From a bacterium (GTDB taxonomy: Bacteria; JADJOY01): DNA of 64,000 bases. Positions 57,787 through 64,000 of the stretch are shown in pieces. The translations under genes were made by a program, and so were the position numbers. The stretch is from assembly GCA_046331705.1 (NCBI GenBank), contig JAXLQJ010000010.1, positions 1 to 64,000 on the forward strand, given 5' to 3'. Positions within the stretch are counted from its first letter, which is position 1. Every line of letters starts with the position of its first letter. The notes under the pieces were generated by a model. The model was not told the DNA's origin and made no database searches. It saw only the letters and a program-made list of their open reading frames with translations.

Positions 57787-58458
57787 TCACGTGAGCGCCG
57801 CGACCAGCTCGCCCAGCGAGTGGATCACCGCGCTCGCCTCGGCGGGTCGCGACGCGGCGCCGCCGCGATCGAGCAGCACGGTGGCGCGGTAGCCGGCGAC
57901 GCGGGCCGGGAGCAGGTCGCGCTCGATGCTGTCGCCGATCATCACCAACCGCTCGGCGGGGCACCCGAGGAGGCGCGCGGGGATCGCGAAGAACGTCGGG
58001 TCCGGCTTGGCGAGCCCGTGCTCGTACGAGAGCACGACCGCCGAGAAGTGCCGGAAGAGGCCGCTCGCCACGATCGGCTCCATGCCGAACGACTGGGTGT
58101 TGGTGAGCAGCGCCAGCGGATAGCGCTGGCCGAGGGCGGCGAGGCAGGGCTCGACGTCGTCGAAGAGCCGCGCGGTGCGCGCCGATTCGTCCCACAGCCG
58201 TCGCACGCGGTCACGCGCGGCGACGGTCAGCCCCACGGTCGCCTCCAGATGGTCCAGGGCCTCGTCCAAATCCCGATACGCCCGTGACATCAACGGGTGC
58301 TCGACGAGCGCTCGCTCGGCGGGTACGGCTGGGTCGAGACCCAGTGCTGCCGCCGTGGCGTCGAACGGATTCTGGGGGAGCGAGTCGAACGCGAGGGTGT
58401 TCCACAGGTCGAAGACCAGCGCGGTGCCACCCTCTCGGAGCGAGCTCAGGTGCTGCAT
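57787..58458 (-). CDS. HAD-superfamily hydrolase
   Basis: FDLWNTL, LTN, KPDP, IGDS..RDL. Confidence 0.88.
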   Translation of the reverse strand: MQHLSSLREGGTALVFDLWNTLAFDSLPQNPFDATAAALGLDPAVPAERALVEHPLMSRAYRDLDEALDHLEATVGLTVAARDRVRRLWDESARTARLFDDVEPCLAALGQRYPLALLTNTQSFGMEPIVASGLFRHFSAVVLSYEHGLAKPDPTFFAIPARLLGCPAERLVMIGDSIERDLLPARVAGYRATVLLDRGGAASRPAEASAVIHSLGELVAALT

Positions 58459-58554
58459 GGCGATGCCCTGATCGCCAACGGTTTGACGATGGCTGACAAT
58501 TCGTTGTCGCCGAAGCGAGTGCCGATTGCTCTGTGCCGGCGCGAAGCCGGGGAC

Positions 58555-59328
58555 TCAGAGTCGGGCGCCGACCAAGCTGCCGTTGCGGAAGAAGAGTCGC
58601 TGGGCGACGGGCGCCCCCGTGTCATCGAGCTTGGTGTAGAGCCACTTGGAGACGCTCGCGCCCTTGCGGCCGCGCGTCAGCACCTTCTGGGGCTCGCCCC
58701 ACCGCAAGACCGCCTCCACCTCGCTCAGGCCACGCTGGACGTGCTCGGCGGCGATGCATTTGCGATGGCGGGTGGCGAGGCGCTTGGCGCGCTGCTGCAG
58801 GAGTCCCAGGAAGTCGAGCCCCGGCTCGGCGCGGCGCTCGTGGAAGAGCTCGATGCGTCTGCGCAAGAAGTGCAGCGGTTGGAGCGTGGTGTTGGCCGAC
58901 ATGCGATTGATCTCGGCGAACACCGGGAACCGTCGCATGAGCTGTCCGGGCGAGAGCCGGTGCTGGCGGTGGATGGGTTCGAGCAACGGATCCGGCGCCA
59001 CACCCACGAGCGCGACGTCGTTGGCTTGCTGCTCGATCTCGACGTACGGGAAGAAGCTGTCCTTGAGGTAGTTCTTGCTCAGGTTGGGATGCAGGAAGTG
59101 GTGCCCCAGCTCGTGCAAGAGGGCGAACACGCGCTGATTCGGCGTGAGCGACTCGTCGATGAAGATCGTCGGGACGTCGTGGACGCGAACGTAGAGCCCG
59201 TGGCAGTTGAGCTTGCGAACGCTGAGCGTGATGGATTCGCGTTCGCAGATGTATTCGAGGTCGTCGATGTCGAGCGCGCGCTTGTTGAAGAACGGGTAGC
59301 GTTCTTCGAGCGGGAAGTGCAACTGCAT
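58555..59328 (-). CDS. ImmA/IrrE-family metallopeptidase with extra C-terminal domain
   Basis: TIFIDESL...QRVFALLHELGHHFLH, EQQAND. Confidence 0.82.
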   Translation of the reverse strand: MQLHFPLEERYPFFNKRALDIDDLEYICERESITLSVRKLNCHGLYVRVHDVPTIFIDESLTPNQRVFALLHELGHHFLHPNLSKNYLKDSFFPYVEIEQQANDVALVGVAPDPLLEPIHRQHRLSPGQLMRRFPVFAEINRMSANTTLQPLHFLRRRIELFHERRAEPGLDFLGLLQQRAKRLATRHRKCIAAEHVQRGLSEVEAVLRWGEPQKVLTRGRKGASVSKWLYTKLDDTGAPVAQRLFFRNGSLVGARL

Positions 59329-59358
59329 GGTGCGCGCTCGTTCCTCGATGGGTGTGGC

Positions 59359-59730
59359 TCAGCTACCGCGAAGTTGGCGACGCTTGGCTTCCGCGATCAG
59401 GATCGCATCGGCGATGGCGTTGCGCCACAGTTCTTTTTCGACCTCGTCCGGTGCCTCGCGATACCCCATCGCGAGCGCCGTGAGCTGCGGAACATTCTCG
59501 TAGTCGAAGTCACGGGGCAGCGGATTGGTCGAGAGTCCGAGCAAGTAATCGACGCTCGTATTCAAGAAGCGAGCCATCTGCTGGAGATGGTGCGTGCCCG
59601 GATCTCGCTTCTGCTTCGTCCACTGCGACACCGTCGTCTCGGACACCCCGAGAAACGTGGCGAGGCGCTTCTGGTCGAGGCTTCTGCGCTTGAGCAGAAC
59701 CTTGAGCCGATCGCCCTGGAACTCGTTCAT
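59359..59730 (-). CDS. XRE-family HTH transcriptional regulator
   Basis: QKRLATFLGVSETTVSQW....RDP, TSVDYLLG. GGAGG RBS. Confidence 0.9.
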   Translation of the reverse strand: MNEFQGDRLKVLLKRRSLDQKRLATFLGVSETTVSQWTKQKRDPGTHHLQQMARFLNTSVDYLLGLSTNPLPRDFDYENVPQLTALAMGYREAPDEVEKELWRNAIADAILIAEAKRRQLRGS

Positions 59731-59761
59731 GACGTGAACCCTCCCTCGGGGGAACAACGTC

Positions 59762-59791
59762 ACTCTAGTCCCGCAATTTGCATCGGGTCAA
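59762..59791 (-). promoter_or_regulatory. Putative sigma70 promoter of xre-immA with a palindrome in the spacer
   Basis: TTGACC-N18-TAGAGT on the minus strand. GCAA-T-TTGC dyad at 59773-59781. Confidence 0.55.
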
Positions 59792-59892
59792 CCGCGGCGC
59801 CCCGAGTGGACAAGTGGGCAAGCGCGGGGAGGCCGCGGGCGTGTGGTAGGCTCGCGCCAGTCGCTGCCCCGAGATCGGAGGAACGTGCCGTG

Positions 59893-60477
59893 ATGACCCG
59901 CGGTCGACGGTTCGCCATCCGCCACGCTGCGTTGCTGCCGCTCGTGCTCGCCTGCGCCGTGGGGCTCGCCGCCCCCGCGAGGGCCGGTCTCTGGGAGTGG
60001 GCGGACGGAGCAGGGCGACCTCACAAGTCGCGCTCGCTCGACGAGGTTCCGGAAGAGTTTCGCTCGACGGCCGTCGAGGTGCCCGATTCGTCGGCGAAGC
60101 CGGCGGCGGAAGCGTCGAGCCCGCAGGCGAAGGGAACCGAGCGCACGCCGGCGCGCCCGCGGGGTGCTTCCGGCGAGTCGCCTGGCGCGAGCTCGGCGGT
60201 GGACAAGCCCGCCACGGATCGCGACGGCCACGACCAGGCGTGGTGGCAGTCGCAGGTCGTCGAAACGCGCCGCACGATCAACGAGCTCGAGGCGAAGATC
60301 GAGCACCTCAAGGGAGAGTCCATTCGCACCCCCCTGATCCGCAAGGAGCGCGAGGCTCGCAAGGAGTTCGCGAAGGCGCAGGCCGAGCTGGCCGAAGCGC
60401 GCAAGCGCCTGAGCGTCGACCTCCCGCAGCAAGCCGCCGCCGCCGGCGCCCCCACCTATTGGCTTCAAGTGAAGTAA
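59893..60477 (+). CDS. DUF4124-like exported protein with coiled-coil tail
   Basis: Signal peptide, LWEWADGAGRPH...VPEEFR, DQAWWQ, AGAPTYWL. Confidence 0.7.
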   Translation: MTRGRRFAIRHAALLPLVLACAVGLAAPARAGLWEWADGAGRPHKSRSLDEVPEEFRSTAVEVPDSSAKPAAEASSPQAKGTERTPARPRGASGESPGASSAVDKPATDRDGHDQAWWQSQVVETRRTINELEAKIEHLKGESIRTPLIRKEREARKEFAKAQAELAEARKRLSVDLPQQAAAAGAPTYWLQVK

Positions 60478-60553
60478 CGTTCGTCTAGCCTTCTGCTTCA
60501 CCTGATCGGTCGCGTCGAGCCGGTTCGGCTCGCGCTCGCATCGCGAATCTCGA

Positions 60554-60583
60554 TTGACTGCGATTCGTCGCGGGTCGTACGAT
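60554..60583 (+). promoter_or_regulatory. Putative sigma70 promoter
   Basis: TTGACT-N18-TACGAT upstream of an AGGAGG RBS. Confidence 0.5.
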
Positions 60584-60662
60584 CGTGGTGAGTCCTCACA
60601 ATCCGCGATAAATCGCCCTGCGCGCTTGGGTCTTCACCCAAGACAGGTCGAGGAGGCTGGTG

Positions 60663-63600
60663 ATGCGAGCGATCGAGTCTCCGTTACGAGTCGTGTGCCG
60701 ACGCATCGCGCGAGTCGCGCTCGTGTTGGCAGTCGGGAGCGCTCTCGTGGGCGGCCGGGCTCTCGCCCAGAGCCCGCCGATCTTCGCTCCGAGCCGCGCT
60801 CCCGCGAGTGGCGCGCCCTTTTCGCCCGCCTCGGTGGACGAGCGCGTCATCACGCTCAACCTCGCCCCGCTTGCCGCGGGCGCCGCATCGATCACGTTGG
60901 CCCGCATCGATGGCACGACATTCGAAGCGCAGCGGACGAGCTTCGAGCAGCGAGCGCCGGACGATTACACCTGGCGTGGTTCCGTCGGATCGACTGGCCA
61001 GGTCACCTTGACCGCGCACCGCGGGATGCTCGCCGGCCTGATCGTGAGCGACGGGGAGGTCTTCGAGATCCTCACGCGGGGCCGCCGGGGCCAGCGAATC
61101 GCGAAGATCGACCAGAGTCGCCTCGGTGGCTGTGCCACGGACGCCGGGCACGAGCATGACGAGCGATCCGCGCTGAGCGCCTCCCAGGCCGCCGAGGCTG
61201 GTCGTGCCGCCAGCGCGGCCAGTACCGCCAGTACCGCGCAGATCGACGTGATGGCGGTCTACACGCCGCAAGCGCAGACGGCCGCCGGCGGGGTTGCCGC
61301 GATTCAGACCACGATCCAAGCGGCGGTCGACGTCGCCAACACGGCGTTCATCAACAGCCAGATCGATGCTCACTACAATCTCGTTCACACCGCGCTCGTC
61401 GCGCACGACGACCAGCTCGACAGCGCCAAGGACTTGGCGTGGCTCAGCACGGACGCGACGGTCGCCTCGCTGCGCGTCGCGCACTATGCCGACTTGGTCG
61501 GCTTGATCACAGGGACGCTCGAGAGCGGGATCTGCGGCCGTGCGTACGTGCAGCGCGTCGTCTCGCCCGAGTTCGCGACGTCGGCCTTCATGGTCTCGAG
61601 CCTTTCGTGCGCGGTGGGCAACCTCTCGTACGCCCACGAGCATGGCCACAATCTGGGGGCCGAGCACGATCCCGCCAACGGCGCCGACCCCTCCGAGGCG
61701 TCGTATCCGTGGTCGTTTGGCCACTACGTCAACGGCGTGTTCCGAACGGTGATGTCCTATGCCACAGGCTGCACGAGCGGCTGTACGCGCGTTCCCTACT
61801 TCTCGAATCCGGCGATCAGTTACGCGGGTTATGCCACGGGTATCGCCGATCAACGCGACAATCACCGGACGCTGAATCTCACCGCCTTGGGCGCGGCGGA
61901 GTTCCTGGTCGCGGGCCGCGATCGAGACGGTGACGGCGTCGAAGACGTCGTCGACAACTGCCCCACCGTGCCGAACGCGGATCAGCGGGACGGCGATCAC
62001 GACGGCTTGGGAGACGCTTGCGACGACGACATCGATCAGCTGCAGAAGATCGTGCCCGCTCAGCTTCAGGCCGGCGACAACTTTGGCTGGGACGTGGCCT
62101 TCGATGGAACCTTGCCGGCCGCAGGCGCTTGGCTCGACGACGATCTCGGCCAGAACTCGGGCTCGGCATATTTCTTCGGGTTCAACGGCACGGCCTGGAC
62201 CACCGACCTGAAGATGGTCGGCTCGCAGCTCGCGACGTCGGAAACGTTTGGCTACAGCGTCAGCACGAGCGGCGACACCGTGGCGGTTGGATCGAGCATC
62301 GGGAACACCTACGTGTTCCGCAAGAGCGGCGGGATCTGGAGACCCGAGGCCGTGCTCACGCCGGTCGCCGGCGGCTATTGCGGTCAAGGTGTGGCGCTCG
62401 AAGGCGACAGGCTGGCCATCGCGTGTCCGAGCAGCACGGCTGACCCGGCGCCTCGGATTCGGATCTACAACCGTGCGAACGGAGTGTGGTCGGCTGGGCA
62501 GGTGATCACGCCCTCGGGTGGCCTCGGTCAGTCCACGAAGCACGTGGAGCTGCACGGCGATCTCCTGGTCGCGGGCGCGATCACCAACAACGCTACCTGG
62601 GTGTATCGTCGCTCTCCCACCACCGGCACGTTCGCGTTGGAGGCCACGCTGGCCCCCGGCGACGGGTTGTTCGGTCAGTTCGGGGCATCCGCGACGTCGG
62701 AGGGATCGACGGTCGTGGTCGGGGCACCGTACGTGGATGCGGCCAGCGTCGACTCTGGCGCGGCGTACGTCTACGAAAAGGTCGGCTCGAGCTGGACGCA
62801 GCGGGCTCGCCTCGTGCCCGCGGACGTCGCTGCCGGAGATCGATTCGGTCGTTCGGTGGCGTTGCGGAATGGTCTGCTCGCCGTCGGATCCGACGGCGAT
62901 GACGGCACGGCGGGGGCTGTCTACCTCTTCGCCAAGAACGGCGCGGGTACGTGGGCCCAGACGGCGAAGGTGACGCCGAAGGACCGACGATACGGCGCCG
63001 CGTTCGGCAGCACGATCGCATTGGCCGGCAATCGGCTGTGGGTGGGCGCGCCGTACGACGACCAGGCCGGCTCCTCTGCCGGTGCGGCGTACGTGTTCGC
63101 ACTTCCCGTCGACACGGATGGTGACGGCGTTCGCGACAGCCGCGACAACTGTCCATCGGTGGCGAACCCCGGACAGGAGAACCTGGACGGCGATGAGCTC
63201 GGTGACGCGTGCGATCCCGACAAGGATGGCGACGGCGTAGCGAACGAGGTCGACAATTGCCCCCTGAACGCGAATCCCGGGCAGCAGGACGTCGATTCGG
63301 ATGGGATCGGGGATGCGTGCGATCCGTGCACGGACAAGGATCACGACGCGTACGCGCTGCAAGGCGGGTCCTGCGGTGCCGTGGACTGCAACGACACCGC
63401 CGCCGCGGTTCATCCGGGTGCGGCAGAGATCCCACGGAACGGGATCGACGAGGACTGCAATGGTGTCGACGAGTCGTGCGACCACGACGCGCTCTGCGAG
63501 GTCGGCGAGACTTGCACCAACTGCGCCAGCGATTGCGTGAGCGGCAGCACGCCCGGCGCGGTCTGCGGGAACGGGATCTGCGAAGCGGCGAACGGCGAGA

Positions 63601-64000
63601 GCTGCTCGACGTGCGCGGCCGACTGCAACGGCAAGACCAGCGGCCCTGCGAGCCAACGCTATTGCTGCGGCAGCACGACGGCGTGCAGCGACTCGCGCTG
63701 CAACGCCAACGGCAAGAGCTGCACCACCGTTCCCACGGTGTCGCAGAGCTATTGCTGCGGCGACACCTTGTGCAGCGTGGGCGAGAGCTGCGGGAATTGC
63801 CGGCTCGATTGCACGGTGGGAGCCGAGGTCTGCACCGGCGGGCTCGACGAGGACTGCGACGCGACGATCGACTGCGCGGATTCCAATTGCACCGGAACGC
63901 CGGCCTGTCCGACGTGTAAGGCCGCCGGAAGCTCGTGCACGGCCAACAGCGAGTGCTGCTCGCTCAGCTGTGCCGGCAAGACGGGTAAGAAGACCTGCAA
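60663..64000 (+). CDS. Large secreted reprolysin-like (M12/peptidyl-Asp-type) metallopeptidase with FG-GAP propeller, thrombospondin-3 repeats, MopE-like and Cys-rich domains; stop beyond window
   Basis: Not in ORF track. MRAIESPLRVVCRRIARVALVLAVG signal; in-frame HEHGHNLGAEH (~61635), RTVMSY, DGDGV.D..DNCP..N.Q repeats, GAAYV FG-GAP units, DCND...HPGAAEIP.NGIDEDC, ends ..CAGKTGKKTC. Confidence 0.88.
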   Translation, partial: MRAIESPLRVVCRRIARVALVLAVGSALVGGRALAQSPPIFAPSRAPASGAPFSPASVDERVITLNLAPLAAGAASITLARIDGTTFEAQRTSFEQRAPDDYTWRGSVGSTGQVTLTAHRGMLAGLIVSDGEVFEILTRGRRGQRIAKIDQSRLGGCATDAGHEHDERSALSASQAAEAGRAASAASTASTAQIDVMAVYTPQAQTAAGGVAAIQTTIQAAVDVANTAFINSQIDAHYNLVHTALVAHDDQLDSAKDLAWLSTDATVASLRVAHYADLVGLITGTLESGICGRAYVQRVVSPEFATSAFMVSSLSCAVGNLSYAHEHGHNLGAEHDPANGADPSEASYPWSFGHYVNGVFRTVMSYATGCTSGCTRVPYFSNPAISYAGYATGIADQRDNHRTLNLTALGAAEFLVAGRDRDGDGVEDVVDNCPTVPNADQRDGDHDGLGDACDDDIDQLQKIVPAQLQAGDNFGWDVAFDGTLPAAGAWLDDDLGQNSGSAYFFGFNGTAWTTDLKMVGSQLATSETFGYSVSTSGDTVAVGSSIGNTYVFRKSGGIWRPEAVLTPVAGGYCGQGVALEGDRLAIACPSSTADPAPRIRIYNRANGVWSAGQVITPSGGLGQSTKHVELHGDLLVAGAITNNATWVYRRSPTTGTFALEATLAPGDGLFGQFGASATSEGSTVVVGAPYVDAASVDSGAAYVYEKVGSSWTQRARLVPADVAAGDRFGRSVALRNGLLAVGSDGDDGTAGAVYLFAKNGAGTWAQTAKVTPKDRRYGAAFGSTIALAGNRLWVGAPYDDQAGSSAGAAYVFALPVDTDGDGVRDSRDNCPSVANPGQENLDGDELGDACDPDKDGDGVANEVDNCPLNANPGQQDVDSDGIGDACDPCTDKDHDAYALQGGSCGAVDCNDTAAAVHPGAAEIPRNGIDEDCNGVDESCDHDALCEVGETCTNCASDCVSGSTPGAVCGNGICEAANGESCSTCAADCNGKTSGPASQRYCCGSTTACSDSRCNANGKSCTTVPTVSQSYCCGDTLCSVGESCGNCRLDCTVGAEVCTGGLDEDCDATIDCADSNCTGTPACPTCKAAGSSCTANSECCSLSCAGKTGKKTC

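Noticed and set aside
58555-59730. Prophage or ICE around xre-immA
   Set aside because: No integrase, replication, structural or conjugation genes adjacent.
58297-59892. N-terminal 530 aa of the 726-aa + strand ORF
   Set aside because: Antisense to xre, immA and the HAD gene. The real gene starts at about 59893.
60684-63656. 990-aa minus-strand ORF
   Set aside because: Antisense shadow of the + strand protease.
1-64000. rRNA, tRNA or CRISPR arrays
   Set aside because: None recognised by eye. Intergenic gaps are short and lack regularly spaced direct repeats. A tRNAscan/Infernal run would be needed to exclude small RNAs.

Overview
Very GC-rich bacterial chromosomal window. The gene content (DUF3604 cassette, HEAT/TPR proteins, Cys-rich secreted proteases) suggests a myxobacterium-like or deltaproteobacterium-like organism, which is inference only. 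About 55 protein-coding genes, mostly housekeeping or accessory: nadD-pncB, ftsH, terC, nhaR, split transketolase, lexA, folE, a THI5/NMT1-type ABC transporter, an orphan N6-adenine DNA methyltransferase, an XRE/ImmA-IrrE pair and several secreted metalloproteases. No rRNA, tRNA or CRISPR array was recognised. The most unusual part is a ~4.7 kb eroded mobile island at about 46640-51330. It holds an integron-integrase-like fragment cut in its HTLRH/SFATH motif by a 40-bp palindromic insertion and joined to a different recombinase C-terminus, a frameshifted IS91-family HUH transposase ending in an attC-like hairpin, AT-richer cassette-like ORFs including a broken trypsin-like protease, an IS110 remnant that keeps a ~490-nt 3' non-coding end (candidate bridge/seek RNA), and a second attC-like site before a YciI gene. 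Also notable is an unknown zinc-ribbon gene coupled to lexA behind a near-consensus promoter covered by three TGAAC-N4-GTTCA-like boxes. All family assignments come from motif recognition by eye; no database searches were run.
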